Shown here piece by piece: positions 42,912 to 53,279 of a DNA stretch of 64,000 nucleotides. A program made the translations under genes and the position numbers. The notes below the pieces were generated by a model. It had not been told where the DNA came from and searched no databases. It saw only the letters and a list, made by a program, of their open reading frames with translations. Source of the DNA: Betaproteobacteria bacterium (GTDB lineage: Bacteria > Pseudomonadota > Gammaproteobacteria > Burkholderiales > UBA3065). Position 1 is the stretch's first letter. Each line of letters begins with the position of its first letter. Where the stretch lies: assembly GCA_027490755.1 (NCBI GenBank), contig JAIXXL010000008.1, positions 11,391 to 75,390 on the forward strand. Direction: 5' to 3'.

Positions 42912-43600
42912 GACTGCAGCCACAGTGGGGGTTCCTTGCCGCCCATGCCAGCCAGCAGCGCCTGGTGCGCCTCGAGTTCGGCATCGGTGGGGCGCAGCAC
43001 GGCGATCTCGAGGCCATGCAGGCCGCTGTCGCCGGCCGCCAGCCCGGCCGCGTCCTCGGCCGCCAGCAGGGTGATGAGCGACTCCTGGCCACGCGTCATG
43101 GCCAGGTAGACCTCGGCCAGCAGTTCCGCATCGAGCAGGGCCCCGTGCAGCGTGCGGCCACTGTTGTCGACGCCGTAGCGCTCGCACAGGGCGTCCAGGC
43201 TGTTGCGCTTGCCGGGGTGCAGCTCGCGCGCCATGGCCAGCGTATCCAGAACGTCGGCCAGCACGGTGTCGCCATCGGCACAGGCGGCGCGCTCGAACTC
43301 GGCGGCGAGGAAGCCGCGGTCGAACGGCGCGTTGTGGATGATCAGCTGCGCGCCGGCAAGGAAGCCGGCGAGATCGGCGGCGACGTCGGAGAACACCGGC
43401 TTGTCGGCGAGGAAGGCCTCGTCGAGGCCGTGCACGCGCAGCGCACCCTCGTCGACGGCGCGCTTCGGGTTGATGTAGCGGTGGAAGTGCCGCCCGGTGA
43501 GGCGGCGGTCGATCATCTCGACGGCGGCGACCTCGACGATGCGGTGCCCCTGCACCACCTCCAGGCCGGTGGTCTCGGTGTCGAGCACGATCTGCCGCAT
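42908..43600 (-). CDS. dnaQ: DNA polymerase III epsilon subunit (3'-5' proofreading exonuclease)
   Basis: [13 protein letters not shown] (Exo I), IIHNAPFDRGFL (Exo II), HGALLDAELLAEVY (Exo III). The ATG at 43600 shares its A with the rnhA TGA. Confidence 0.9.
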   Translation of the reverse strand: MRQIVLDTETTGLEVVQGHRIVEVAAVEMIDRRLTGRHFHRYINPKRAVDEGALRVHGLDEAFLADKPVFSDVAADLAGFLAGAQLIIHNAPFDRGFLAAEFERAACADGDTVLADVLDTLAMARELHPGKRNSLDALCERYGVDNSGRTLHGALLDAELLAEVYLAMTRGQESLITLLAAEDAAGLAAGDSGLHGLEIAVLRPTDAELEAHQALLAGMGGKEPPLWLQS

Positions 43601-44100
43601 CAGCGCCCCGCCCCGCCGCCAGCGAGCACGCTTTCGACGCCCAGGTTGGCCAGCTGGTCGGCGCGCTCGTTGCCGTCGTGGCCGTTGTGGCCACGCACCC
43701 AGATCCACTCGACGCTGTGCCGCGCCGCGGCAGCCTCCAGCGCCTGCCAGAGGTCGGCGTTCTTGACCGCGTCGCCGCCGGCGGTGCGCCAGTTGCGCCG
43801 CTTCCAGCCGGGCAGCCACTCGGTCATGCCCTTCTGCACATACTGCGAGTCGGTGTGCAGGCGGACCTGGCAGGGCCGGCTGAGGGCACCCAGCGCCTCG
43901 ATGACGGCGCGCAGCTCCATGCGGTTGTTGGTGGTGTGCGGCTCGCCGCCGTGCAGTTCCTTCTCGTGGTCGCCCCAGCGCAGCCAGACGCCCCAGCCAC
44001 CGGGGCCGGGGTTGCCGCGGCAGGCGCCGTCGGTGAATACATCCACCGCCGCCTGCACGGCGCCGGTCGCGTTGGCGGCCGCCACGGCCTGGGCGGTCAC
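43600..44100 (-). CDS. rnhA: Ribonuclease HI
   Basis: [17 protein letters not shown]...[14 protein letters not shown]...TDSQYV...[17 protein letters not shown]. The start is either GTG 44100 (GTGA overlap with the upstream stop) or GTG 44058. Confidence 0.9.
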   Translation of the reverse strand: MTAQAVAAANATGAVQAAVDVFTDGACRGNPGPGGWGVWLRWGDHEKELHGGEPHTTNNRMELRAVIEALGALSRPCQVRLHTDSQYVQKGMTEWLPGWKRRNWRTAGGDAVKNADLWQALEAAAARHSVEWIWVRGHNGHDGNERADQLANLGVESVLAGGGAGR

Positions 44101-44822
44101 CGGCGGTCCACCGGTCGCAGGTGGCGCTGGGTCCGCCCGGTGGCCACCAGCACCGGCTTGGCCACGGCACGCCGCGCCGGTTGCGCGTGCAGCACACGCA
44201 CGCCGCGGACGCGCTTGACCGCCTGCAACATGAAGACACCACCCGCCATGGGCCACCAGCGGTCGCCCGCCTTCTCCATGAAGCCCCAGCGTGCCAGCGA
44301 GGACGGGTTGCGTAGCGGCGGCGCGTAGGCGGTGTAGCGTCCACCGCGCGTATCCAGATCGAGCAGCTGCAGCCAGTCGTGCAGGCGCGGCACCGGGATG
44401 AAGCGCCCCGCCCAAGGGTAGCCACCGCCGGCAAAGTGGCGCATGCCCCACAGGCTGAAGGGGTTGAAGCCGAGGATGATGAGGCGCCCCTCCGGCATCA
44501 GCACGCGGTCGGCCTCGCGCAGCACCGCGTGAGGGTTGCCGGCGAACTCGAGCACGTGGGGCATCAGCAGCAGATCGATGCTGCGATCGGCCAGCGGCAG
44601 CTGGTCGGGCCGCGCCACCACGTCGCCGCCGTCGATGGCAAGGATGCCGCGGGTGCGGATGCGGCTCTCGCGCAGCAGATCCACATCGGGCATGCCCAGC
44701 TGCACGGCGTGATAGCCGAACACGTCCTGCACCACCGGGTCGAGCAGGTCCTGCTCCTGCGCCAGCAGGTGCCGGCCGAGCGGCGTCTGCCACCAGTCGC
44801 GGGCGGATGCGGCGGCCTTCAT
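44097..44822 (-). CDS. Class I SAM-dependent methyltransferase (the type conserved next to gloB/rnhA)
   Basis: [47 protein letters not shown]. It is divergent from gloB and upstream of rnhA-dnaQ, as in many proteobacteria. Confidence 0.8.
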   Translation of the reverse strand: MKAAASARDWWQTPLGRHLLAQEQDLLDPVVQDVFGYHAVQLGMPDVDLLRESRIRTRGILAIDGGDVVARPDQLPLADRSIDLLLMPHVLEFAGNPHAVLREADRVLMPEGRLIILGFNPFSLWGMRHFAGGGYPWAGRFIPVPRLHDWLQLLDLDTRGGRYTAYAPPLRNPSSLARWGFMEKAGDRWWPMAGGVFMLQAVKRVRGVRVLHAQPARRAVAKPVLVATGRTQRHLRPVDRR

Positions 44823-44839
44823 GCGCTAATCTCCCGGCC

Positions 44840-45661
44840 ATGCAAAACATTGATGATGCGATGCCGGAAGGCAGTCCCGGGCGCGGTCCTGACGACGGCC
44901 TGACGGTTTTGCCGGTCCCTGCCTTCGAGGACAACTACCTGTGGCTGATCCACGACGGTCGTGACGCGGTGGTGGTGGACCCGGGCGACGCGGTGCCGGT
45001 CGAGGCTGCGCTGGCGCGGCTCGGTCTGAGCCTGCGCGCGATCCTGGTGACGCACAGCCACGCCGACCACATCGGTGGCATCGTGGCGCTGACGGCCAGC
45101 CGCGACATCCCGGTCTACGGCCCAGCACGCGAAAGCATCCCGCGGCTGACACACGCCGTGGGCGACGGCAGCCGCGTGTCGCTGGGGGCGCCCGCGTTGG
45201 CGCTGGCGGTGCTGGATGTGCCGGGGCATACCGTGGGACATGTGGCCTATTATGGGCAAAACCGCTTGTTCTGCGGCGACACTCTGTTCGCCTGCGGGTG
45301 CGGCCGCATCGACCAGCCCGCTGCGGTCATGCACGACTCGTTGCAGCGGCTCGCGGCGCTGCCACCCGCGACGCTGGTCTACTGCACGCACGAGTACACT
45401 GCCGCCAACATCCGCTTCGCGCTCAGCGTGGACCCGGACAACGCCGACCTGCAGCGCCGGCGCGACACCGTCGCTGCACTGCGCGAGGCCGGCGTGCCAA
45501 GCCTGCCGTCGACCATCGGCGAGGAACTCCGCAGCAATCCTTTTTTGCGATGCGAAACCGATGTTCTGCGGCAAGTTGCTGAAATGTCGGCCGGATACCC
45601 ACCTTCCGGACCCGCAGCCGTGTTCGGCGAGCTGCGCACCATGAAGAATCGGTACCGATAG
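44840..45661 (+). CDS. gloB: Hydroxyacylglutathione hydrolase (glyoxalase II)
   Basis: [15 protein letters not shown]..., metallo-beta-lactamase [21 protein letters not shown], and C-terminal NPFLR. The start is uncertain (44807, 44840 or 44861). Confidence 0.85.
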   Translation: MQNIDDAMPEGSPGRGPDDGLTVLPVPAFEDNYLWLIHDGRDAVVVDPGDAVPVEAALARLGLSLRAILVTHSHADHIGGIVALTASRDIPVYGPARESIPRLTHAVGDGSRVSLGAPALALAVLDVPGHTVGHVAYYGQNRLFCGDTLFACGCGRIDQPAAVMHDSLQRLAALPPATLVYCTHEYTAANIRFALSVDPDNADLQRRRDTVAALREAGVPSLPSTIGEELRSNPFLRCETDVLRQVAEMSAGYPPSGPAAVFGELRTMKNRYR

Positions 45662-45792
45662 CGCATCCCGAGGCGGTAAACCGGTGATTCGGTTGCGCCA
45701 GAGCAACGCCACAATCTTTCATTGCGCGCACATTGCCATAGGTGATTTAATCCCGACCAGTAAACTTTTTTTCACAATCACAACCGAAAAAT

Positions 45793-46122
45793 ATGCAAAA
45801 TCTTGCCTACGTAAGATTTCTCAGTCTGATGCGCGCCGTGTACAAGGACGACACCGACACGCGCCGCGTCGACGACCTCCTTGCCTTTCTCTATGAGACC
45901 ACTCAGGCCAAGCGCCAGATCAACATGACCGACTTGGTCAAGCAGGAAAGCTTTGGCACCCTGCAGACGCTCACCAAGTACCTGCGACGCATGACCGATG
46001 AGGGCCTGGTGGCGGTCAACCCGGGCGAGGACCGCCGCACCAGCATCGTGACGCTGACACAGAAGGGCATCTCGCGCCTGATGACGCGTGAACAAATGCT
46101 GCTGGAGGCGGTAAAGCACTGA
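45793..46122 (+). CDS. Small winged-helix (MarR-like) DNA-binding protein
   Basis: 109-aa ORF. HTH plus wing pattern: INMTDLVKQESFGTLQTLTKYLRRMTDEGLVAVNPGEDRRTSIVTLTQKG. High GC3 after codon ~13. No clear SD, and ATG 45829 is an alternative start. Confidence 0.55.
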   Translation: MQNLAYVRFLSLMRAVYKDDTDTRRVDDLLAFLYETTQAKRQINMTDLVKQESFGTLQTLTKYLRRMTDEGLVAVNPGEDRRTSIVTLTQKGISRLMTREQMLLEAVKH

Positions 46123-46160
46123 CCGCGGCAGATGCGCAGCCGCTCGCCGGCAGCCAACGC

Positions 46161-46189
46161 AAAAAGGCCCGCTCGCGCGGGCCTTTTTG
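46161..46189. terminator. Bidirectional rho-independent terminator (wHTH gene on +, mcl on -)
   Basis: aaaaa-ggcccgc-tcgc-gcgggcc-ttttt. Confidence 0.85.
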
Positions 46190-46224
46190 CTGGTGCGGTC
46201 GCGGCACGGTCGCGACCGCACCGC

Positions 46225-47199
46225 TCAGTTGGCGGCGATCTGGTCGGCCTTGGCGATCAGCGCCTCGGCCATACGGATCGAAGCGATGTCGATCAGACGA
46301 CCGTCGAGCGAGACCGCACCCTTGCCTTCCTTGGCGGCCTGCGCCATGGCTTCGAGGATGCGACGAGCCTTGCTGACTTCGGCTGCCGACGGCGTGTAGA
46401 CCTGGTTGGCCAGCTCGATCTGGCTGGGGTGGATCGCCCACTTGCCTTCGTAGCCCAGCACCGCGCAACGGTTGGCGGCCGAGATGTAGCCGTCCGGGTC
46501 GTTGAAGTCACCGAACGGGCCATCGATCGGACGCAGACCGTAGGCGCGGCAGGCGACCATCATGCGGGTCTGCGCGGCGTGCCAGGGGTCGGTCCAGAAG
46601 GCGTCACGGTTGCCCTGCTCGTCCTTGTCGGTCAGCACCACGCTGTCCTTGTTGACGCCACCGATGACGGTGGTGCGGGCGCGCGTCGAGGCGGCGTAGT
46701 CGGCCACGCCAAAGCTCATGGCTTCAAGTCGCTTGCTGGCCTGAGCGATCGCTTCGACATTGGCCATGCCCAGCGCGGTCTCGATCAGCACCTCGAAACC
46801 GATGCGCTTGGTGCGCTTCTTGGCGGTCTCGATCTGGGTCACCATCATGTCGAGGGCGTAGACGTCCTGCGGCACGCCGACCTTGGGGATGAGGATCATG
46901 TCCAGGCGCGGGCAGGCTTCGACGATGTCGACCACGTCGCGGTACATGTAGTGGGTATCCAGACCATTGATGCGGACCATCATGGTCTTGTTGCCCCAGT
47001 CGATGTCGTTGAGGCCCTGGATGATGTTCTTGCGGGCCTGCTCCTTGTCGTCCGGCGCGACGGCGTCCTCGCAATCGAGGAAGACGACGTCAGCCTTGCT
47101 GGCGGCGGCCTTCTCGAACATTGCAGGGTTGGAGCCCGGCACGGCCAGCTCGGAGCGGTGCAGGCGCGGGGTGGCCTGCTCAACGGCGTAGAAACTCAT
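46225..47199 (-). CDS. mcl: Malyl-CoA lyase (HpcH/CitE-like)
   Basis: MSFYAVEQATPRLHRSELAVPGSNPAMFEKAAASKADVVFLDCEDAVAPDDKEQAR... AGGAGA lies before ATG 47199. It has the serine-cycle context next to mtkAB. Confidence 0.9.
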   Translation of the reverse strand: MSFYAVEQATPRLHRSELAVPGSNPAMFEKAAASKADVVFLDCEDAVAPDDKEQARKNIIQGLNDIDWGNKTMMVRINGLDTHYMYRDVVDIVEACPRLDMILIPKVGVPQDVYALDMMVTQIETAKKRTKRIGFEVLIETALGMANVEAIAQASKRLEAMSFGVADYAASTRARTTVIGGVNKDSVVLTDKDEQGNRDAFWTDPWHAAQTRMMVACRAYGLRPIDGPFGDFNDPDGYISAANRCAVLGYEGKWAIHPSQIELANQVYTPSAAEVSKARRILEAMAQAAKEGKGAVSLDGRLIDIASIRMAEALIAKADQIAAN

Positions 47200-47291
47200 G
47201 TGTATCTCCTGACGAATCACCAGACCTGTGGGCCTGGCGGGGTTTGGCGGACGGGCCGTCGGCCAGAACGCCTTTATACGTAATCAAACAT

Positions 47292-47321
47292 GCAAACGAA
47301 AAGGGGGGCCGAGCCCCCCTT
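47292..47321 (-). terminator. Intra-cluster hairpin/terminator between mtkB and mcl
   Basis: 9-bp GC stem aaggggggc/gcccccctt with a 3-nt loop. On the minus-strand transcript it is followed by uucguuugc. Confidence 0.6.
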
Positions 47322-47334
47322 CCACGCCTGCGGC

Positions 47335-48228
47335 TTACGCCGCCTTGCGCTTGAGCGCTTCGAGCACGGTCTTGCCGAAGTCATTGGCGCTCGGGGCAAC
47401 CAGCAGCCCGAACGACTTCATGATCTCCGACTTCTCCGCAGCCGAGTCGCCCGACGCCGAGATGATGGCGCCAGCGTGGCCCATACGGCGGCCCTTCGGT
47501 GCGGTCAGACCGGCCACATAACCGACCACCGGCTTGGTCATGTTCTTGCTGACCCATTCAGCCGCTTCGGCTTCCTGCGGGCCGCCGATCTCGCCGATCA
47601 TGATCACGGCCTCGGTCTCGGGGTCGTTCTCGAAGCGGATCAGGTGGTCGAGGAAGCTCGAGCCGTTGATCGGGTCACCACCGATACCGACCGAGGTGGT
47701 GACACCCAGGCCGACGTCGCGCAGCTGCTCGGCGGCCTCGTAGCCGAGGGTGCCCGAACGCGACACGATGCCGATGCTGCCACGCTTGTAGATGTGGCCC
47801 GGCATGATGCCCAGCATGGCCTTGCCGGCCGAGATGATGCCGGCGCAGTTGGGGCCGACGATGGTGGTGCGCTTGTCCTTCGGGTAGCGCATCAGGTAGC
47901 GCTTGACGCGCATCATGTCCTGCGCGGGGATACCGTCGGTGATGATGCACACCAGCTCGAGGCCGGCGTCGGCAGCTTCCATCAGCGCGTCAGCGGCGAA
48001 CGGGGGCGGCACGAAGGCCAGGCTTGCGCGGGCGCCGGTGGCGTCCACGGCGGCCTTGACGGTGTTGAACACCGGGCGGTCGAGGTGCTTCTGGCCGCCC
48101 TTGCCCGGGGTCACGCCGCCGACCACGTTGGTGCCGTACTCGATCATTTCCTTCGCGTGGAAGGTTGCCTTGTCGCCGGTGAAGCCCTGCACGATCACCG
48201 GGGTCTTTTCGTCAATCAGAATGCTCAT
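47335..48228 (-). CDS. mtkB: Malate thiokinase small subunit (succinyl-CoA ligase alpha-like)
   Basis: SucD-like sequence (VIVQGFTGDKATFHAKEMIEYGTNVVGGVTPGKGG, SRSGTLGYEA, GHAGAII). Called mtkB from its position between mtkA and mcl in a serine-cycle cluster. Confidence 0.85.
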   Translation of the reverse strand: MSILIDEKTPVIVQGFTGDKATFHAKEMIEYGTNVVGGVTPGKGGQKHLDRPVFNTVKAAVDATGARASLAFVPPPFAADALMEAADAGLELVCIITDGIPAQDMMRVKRYLMRYPKDKRTTIVGPNCAGIISAGKAMLGIMPGHIYKRGSIGIVSRSGTLGYEAAEQLRDVGLGVTTSVGIGGDPINGSSFLDHLIRFENDPETEAVIMIGEIGGPQEAEAAEWVSKNMTKPVVGYVAGLTAPKGRRMGHAGAIISASGDSAAEKSEIMKSFGLLVAPSANDFGKTVLEALKRKAA

Positions 48229-48253
48229 GTGAATGTCCTCTCAGGTCCGGTGA

Positions 48254-49432
48254 TCACTTGCCACGCTTGGCGCGGTGTTCCTTGGCGGCAGCCACGGCCT
48301 TCTCGCACGCTTCGAGCAGGGTCTCGGCGCCGATGATCGGCAGCCCGGAGTTCTCGACGATCTTGCGACCCTCGAGGTAGTTGGTACCGACCAGGCGCAC
48401 GATCAGCGGCACCTTGAGGTCCTTGGCCGCGGCGACCACGCCTTCGGCGATCCAGTCGCAGCGGTTGATACCGGCGAAGATGTTGACCAGGATGGCCGAC
48501 ACGTTCGGGTCCGACAGGACCAGCTTGAACGCCACCGCGACGCGCTCGGGGCTTGCGCCGCCGCCGACGTCGAGGAAGTTGGCGGGCTCACCGCCAGCGT
48601 ACTTGATGGTGTCCATGGTGGCCATGGCCAGACCGGCGCCGTTGATGATGCAGCCGATGTCGCCTTCCAGGCCCACGTAGTTCAGGTTGTGCTGGCTGGC
48701 TTCGGCCTCGCGCGGGTCTTCCTGGGCCAGGTCGCGCATCTCCGAGATGTCCGGCAGGCGGAACATCGCGTTGTCGTCGAAGCTCATCTTGGCGTCGAGG
48801 GCGAGGACACGCTCGTCCTTGGTGACGACCATCGGGTTGATCTCGAGCATGGTCGCGTCCTTCTCGCGGAAGGCACGGTAGCAGCCCATGATGATGGAGA
48901 CGGCGCGCTGCACCTGCTTGATGTTCAGACCCATGCCGAAGGCCAGTTCGCGGGCCTGGAACGGCTGCAGGCCCACAGCGGGCTCGACGATCTGCTGGAG
49001 GATCTTGTGCGGTGCGGTCTGCGCAAGTTCCTCGATCTCCATGCCGCCTTCGGCGCTGGCGATGACGCGGATGCGTTCGGCCTTGCGGTCGAGCACGAAG
49101 CCCAGGTAGAGCTCCTTCTCGAAGGCTTCAGCGACCTCGATGTAGACGCGCTCGCAGAGCTTGCCCTCGGGGCCGGTCTGGTGCGTGACCAGGCGCTTGC
49201 CGATCATGCTGGCGGCGGCTTCCTGGACATCGTGGTAGGTCTTGCAGAGCTTGACGCCGCCGGCCTTGCCGCGGGCGCCGGAGTGGATCTGGGCCTTCAC
49301 CGCCCAGTGCCAGCCACCCAGTTCGGTGGCAGCAAAGGCAGCCTGTTCCGGGGTGTAGGCGACACGGCCCGGCTGGATTGCAACGCCATACTTGGCCAGG
49401 ATCTCCTTGGCCTGATACTCGTGGATATCCAC
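48254..49432 (-). CDS. mtkA: Malate thiokinase large subunit (succinyl-CoA ligase beta-like)
   Basis: The sequence is very close to my recollection of Methylobacterium MtkA ([67 protein letters not shown]). GTG 49432 lies 8 nt after AAGGAG. Confidence 0.9.
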   Translation of the reverse strand: MDIHEYQAKEILAKYGVAIQPGRVAYTPEQAAFAATELGGWHWAVKAQIHSGARGKAGGVKLCKTYHDVQEAAASMIGKRLVTHQTGPEGKLCERVYIEVAEAFEKELYLGFVLDRKAERIRVIASAEGGMEIEELAQTAPHKILQQIVEPAVGLQPFQARELAFGMGLNIKQVQRAVSIIMGCYRAFREKDATMLEINPMVVTKDERVLALDAKMSFDDNAMFRLPDISEMRDLAQEDPREAEASQHNLNYVGLEGDIGCIINGAGLAMATMDTIKYAGGEPANFLDVGGGASPERVAVAFKLVLSDPNVSAILVNIFAGINRCDWIAEGVVAAAKDLKVPLIVRLVGTNYLEGRKIVENSGLPIIGAETLLEACEKAVAAAKEHRAKRGK

Positions 49433-49548
49433 TTGCTTCTCTCCTTCAAACAAAAATCTGCAGGTTCAACAAGAACCAGGGATCGGTGGGCGGGCGTCGT
49501 AGCGCCCGCTTTCTACCCGGATGTATTGCGATAGCCGACGACGGCGGG

Positions 49549-51219
49549 TCAGAACAGCCCGACCACCTTGCCGTCGTCGTCGATGTCGATCTTCTCTGCG
49601 CTGGGCACCTTGGGCAGTCCCGGCATGGTCATGATGTCGCCGCAGATCATGACGATGAACTGCGCGCCGGCCGCCAGGCGGACCTCGCGGATGCTGACCA
49701 TGTGACCGCTCGGCGCGCCGCGCACGGTAGCGTCGGTGCTGAACGAGCTCTGGGTCTTGGCGACACAGATCGGGTAGCTGCCGTAGCCGGCGTCCTGCCA
49801 GGCCTGGATCTGCGCCTTGACCTTGGCCGGTGCGCTGATGTCGGCGGCACCGTAGATCTTGGTGGCGACCTTCTTCATCTTGTCCCAGAGGCTGTCGCTG
49901 TCTTCGTAGACGAAGGTCGGCTTGCTCTTGCCTTCGGCCAGACGCACCACCTCGTGGGCGAGGTTCTCGGCGCCGGCACCACCCTTGGCCCAGTGCTCGG
50001 CCAGGACCACGTTGGCGCCCAGCGCCTTCATGCGGTCGGTGACCATGGCGATCTCGGCCTCGGTGTCGAAGGTGAAGCGGTTGATCGAGACGACGCACGG
50101 CAGGCCGTAGTTGGTGGTGACGTTGTGGACGTGGCGCTCGAGGTTGACGAGGCCCTTGCCCAGCGCGTCGAGGTCCTCGGTGTTGAGCGCCTTCACGTCC
50201 TTGCCGCCGTGGTACTTGAGCGCGCGGACGGTTGCGACGACCACGCATGCTGACGGCATGAGGCCGGTCTTGCGGCACTTGATGTCGAGGAACTTCTCGG
50301 CGCCGAGGTCGGCACCGAAGCCAGCCTCGGTGACCACGTACTCGCCAAGCTTGAGAGCGCTCTGCGTGGCGATGACCGAGTTGCAGCCGTGGGCGATGTT
50401 GGCGAACGGGCCGCCGTGGACGAAGGCGGGGTTGTTCTCCAGCGTCTGCACCAGGTTGGGCTTGAGCGCGTCCTTGAGCAGCACGGTCATGGCGCCGTGG
50501 GCGTTGAGGTCGCGGGCGTGGACCGGCTTCTGGTCGCGGGTGTAGCCGATGACGATGTCGCCGAGGCGCTTCTTCAGGTCCTTGACCGAGGTGGCCAGGC
50601 AGAAGATGGCCATCACTTCGGATGCCACGACGATGTCGAAGCCATCTTGGCGGACGAAGCCGTTGGCGGTGCCACCGATGCCGATGACGATGTCGCGCAG
50701 GGCACGGTCGTTCATGTCGACGACGCGCTTCCAGGTGATGCGGCGCGGGTCGATGTCGAGCGTGTTGCCGTGGTTGATGTGGTTGTCGATCATCGCCGAC
50801 AGCAGGTTGTTGGCGAGCGCGATGGCCGAGAAGTCACCGGTGAAGTGGAGGTTAATGTCCTCCATAGGCACGATCTGGGCGTAGCCGCCACCCGCCGCGC
50901 CACCCTTGACGCCGAACACCGGGCCCAGCGAGGGCTCGCGCAGGCAGATCACGGTCTTCTTGCCGATGCGGTTGAGCGCGTCGCCCAGACCCACGGTGGT
51001 GGTGGTCTTGCCTTCGCCGGCCGGGGTCGGGCTGATGGCGGTGACGAGGATCAGCTTGCCGTCGGGCTTGCCCTTGAGCGAGTCGACATAGTCCAGCGAT
51101 ACCTTGGCCTTGTAGTGGCCATACGGCTCCAGATGCTCATCCGCGATGCCGAGCTTTGCGGCCACCTCGGTGATGCGCTTCATGGTTGCTTTCTGTGCAA
51201 TCTCGATATCGCTTGCCAT
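49549..51219 (-). CDS. fhs: Formate--tetrahydrofolate ligase
   Basis: 556 aa. [56 protein letters not shown]. Confidence 0.95.
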   Translation of the reverse strand: MASDIEIAQKATMKRITEVAAKLGIADEHLEPYGHYKAKVSLDYVDSLKGKPDGKLILVTAISPTPAGEGKTTTTVGLGDALNRIGKKTVICLREPSLGPVFGVKGGAAGGGYAQIVPMEDINLHFTGDFSAIALANNLLSAMIDNHINHGNTLDIDPRRITWKRVVDMNDRALRDIVIGIGGTANGFVRQDGFDIVVASEVMAIFCLATSVKDLKKRLGDIVIGYTRDQKPVHARDLNAHGAMTVLLKDALKPNLVQTLENNPAFVHGGPFANIAHGCNSVIATQSALKLGEYVVTEAGFGADLGAEKFLDIKCRKTGLMPSACVVVATVRALKYHGGKDVKALNTEDLDALGKGLVNLERHVHNVTTNYGLPCVVSINRFTFDTEAEIAMVTDRMKALGANVVLAEHWAKGGAGAENLAHEVVRLAEGKSKPTFVYEDSDSLWDKMKKVATKIYGAADISAPAKVKAQIQAWQDAGYGSYPICVAKTQSSFSTDATVRGAPSGHMVSIREVRLAAGAQFIVMICGDIMTMPGLPKVPSAEKIDIDDDGKVVGLF

Positions 51220-51334
51220 GCCGGTCTCCTTCAGTTCCAGTTTGTTCTGTCCGCTTGGCCAGGGGCTGCGCGGTATTGGTCTCTCCTGCCTGCAGCGGGC
51301 GCCGGCCGGCGCTGCCGCTGCCTTCCCTGCCCTG

Positions 51335-52618
51335 TCAGCGGGTCAGCAGGATGACCCGGTAGTCATTCACATTGGTCCGCGTGGGGCCGGTGACGATGAG
51401 GTCGCCGAGCGCCTCGAAGAACGAGTACGCGTCGTTGTTCTCGAGGAAGGCGAGCGCCTTCGGCAGGCCCTTGGCGGCGGCGCGTGCGAGGCTGTCCGGG
51501 CCCAGATAGGCGCCGGCGTTGTCCTCGGAGCCGTCGATGCCGTCGGTGTCGGCGGCCAACGCATACATGTCGGCGCTGCCCTCGAGGTCGATGCAGAGCG
51601 ACATGAGGAACTCGGCGCAGCGGCCGCCGCGGCCGTTGCCGCGGACCGTCACGGTGCACTCGCCGCCGCTGATCAGCGCGATCGGCGCCTTGAACGGGCG
51701 GTCGTGGGTGCGCACCTCGCGGGCGAGCGCGCCGTAGACCTTGGCCACCTCGCGCGCCTCGCCGGTGACCGAGTCGCCCAGCACCGCGCTGGCGATGCCA
51801 TGCGCGGCAAAGAAGTCGGCTGCGGCGGTCAGCATGCCGGTGGCGGTGCCGATGACACGGTTCTCGCAGCGCGCGAACACCGGGTCGCCCGGCTTCGGCG
51901 TCTCGGCGCGGATGCCGCGCACGCCCTCGTCCAGCACCTTGGCGACGCTGGCCGGGGGTGTGACCTCCCAGCGCTTGAGGATGGCGACGGCGTCGGCAAA
52001 GGTGGTGGGGTCCGGCGCGCAGGGGCCTGACGCGATGTGCGTGGCCTCGTCGCCGGTGACGTCAGAGATGACCAGCGCCAGCACCTGCGCCTTGCAGGCG
52101 GCGGTCAGGCGGCCACCCTGGATCAGCGAGAGGTGCTTGCGCACCGTGTTCATGTCCTGGATCGGGGCGCCGCTCTTAAGCAGGTCCTTGGTGACCTGCT
52201 TGAGCTCGGTCATCGAGATGCCTTCGACCGGCAGGCTGAGCAGGCTCGAGCCGCCACCCGACACCAGCGCCAGCAGCAGGTCGTCCGGGCCCAGCGTCTG
52301 CACCGCAGCGAGGATCTCGCGCGCGGCGGCCTCGCCGTTCTCGTCGGGGACCGGGTGGCCGGCCTCAACGACGCGGATGCGGCTGGTCGGCATGCCGTGC
52401 TCGTAGCGGGTGATGACCACGCCCTCGAGCGGCGCATCGGCTGGCCAGTTGCGCTCCACCGCAGCGGCCATCGAGGCAGCGGCCTTGCCGGCGCCGATGA
52501 CCAGGGTGCGCCCCTTGGGCGGCTTGGGCAGGTGCTGCGGCAGGATGACCAGCGGATCGACCGCAGCCACCGCGGCTTTGTAGGATTCGATGAGGAGGCT
52601 GCGAGGGTCCATGGTCAC
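51335..52618 (-). CDS. gck: Glycerate 2-kinase (MOFRL family)
   Basis: [26 protein letters not shown], a C-terminal MOFRL region ([20 protein letters not shown]...[14 protein letters not shown]...[10 protein letters not shown]), and serine-cycle context. Confidence 0.85.
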   Translation of the reverse strand: MTMDPRSLLIESYKAAVAAVDPLVILPQHLPKPPKGRTLVIGAGKAAASMAAAVERNWPADAPLEGVVITRYEHGMPTSRIRVVEAGHPVPDENGEAAAREILAAVQTLGPDDLLLALVSGGGSSLLSLPVEGISMTELKQVTKDLLKSGAPIQDMNTVRKHLSLIQGGRLTAACKAQVLALVISDVTGDEATHIASGPCAPDPTTFADAVAILKRWEVTPPASVAKVLDEGVRGIRAETPKPGDPVFARCENRVIGTATGMLTAAADFFAAHGIASAVLGDSVTGEAREVAKVYGALAREVRTHDRPFKAPIALISGGECTVTVRGNGRGGRCAEFLMSLCIDLEGSADMYALAADTDGIDGSEDNAGAYLGPDSLARAAAKGLPKALAFLENNDAYSFFEALGDLIVTGPTRTNVNDYRVILLTR

Positions 52619-52633
52619 GGTCGGGCGCTGTCC

Positions 52634-53269
52634 TTAGTTGCCGAGGATGGTCTGCTTGACGAAGCCGAACACCTTGGCATCCATCGCAGCACCTTCGGCC
52701 ATCAGGCGCTCGGCCTCGTCCATGCGCGGCTGGGCGAAGGACTTGTCCTCGATCGCGGCGGCGTTCACAAACACATTCAGCACCGCGCTGCGCAGGGCGG
52801 CCTGCGCGGCCAGCACGGCGACGCCAGCGTCGGAGATGATGTTGACGTTGCCGATCTCGGCGATACGAAGCGTCAGCGGCAGAACCTGGTGGGCCAGGCG
52901 GGCGCAGTGCAGCGGCGCCTCGGTGGCCTCCTTCAGCGCGGCCTGGATGGCGGCGCTGCGGGCGGCCTTCTGCTCGTCGGTGTCCTTCGGCAGGCCGTAG
53001 GCGGCCATCACCGTGTCGAAGGCGGCGACGTCTTCCTGCAGAGCAGCGGTCAGTTGCGCGCGGAGCTTCTCGCTCTGCGCCAGCACGTCCTTGACCTGCG
53101 GCTCGACCTCGGCGTACTTCTTCTTGCCGACGGTGAGGTTGGCCACCATGCTCACCAGCGCAGCGCCCATGGCGCCCATCACGGCGGCGGCGGAACCGCC
53201 ACCCGGAGTCGGCTGGCTGGAGGCGAGTTGGTCGAGGAACTGCTCGACCGGGAGTTGCTTCATCGTCAT
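52634..53269 (-). CDS. fchA: Methenyltetrahydrofolate cyclohydrolase (FchA, cyclodeaminase-domain family)
   Basis: MTMKQLPVEQFLDQLASSQPTPGGGSAAAVMGAMGAALVSMVANLTVGKKKY... It lies next to mtdA. The ATG is at 53269. Confidence 0.85.
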   Translation of the reverse strand: MTMKQLPVEQFLDQLASSQPTPGGGSAAAVMGAMGAALVSMVANLTVGKKKYAEVEPQVKDVLAQSEKLRAQLTAALQEDVAAFDTVMAAYGLPKDTDEQKAARSAAIQAALKEATEAPLHCARLAHQVLPLTLRIAEIGNVNIISDAGVAVLAAQAALRSAVLNVFVNAAAIEDKSFAQPRMDEAERLMAEGAAMDAKVFGFVKQTILGN

Positions 53270-53279
53270 CTCGGTGTCC

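Noticed and set aside
42908-44934. 508-aa and 444-aa ORFs (42908-44434, 43600-44934), and 412 aa (42456-43694)
   Set aside because: Each is a real gene (dnaQ, rnhA, the HExxH protein) with a long stop-free 5' extension running through the upstream gene in another frame. Conserved N-termini and overlapping stop/start codons define the shorter models.
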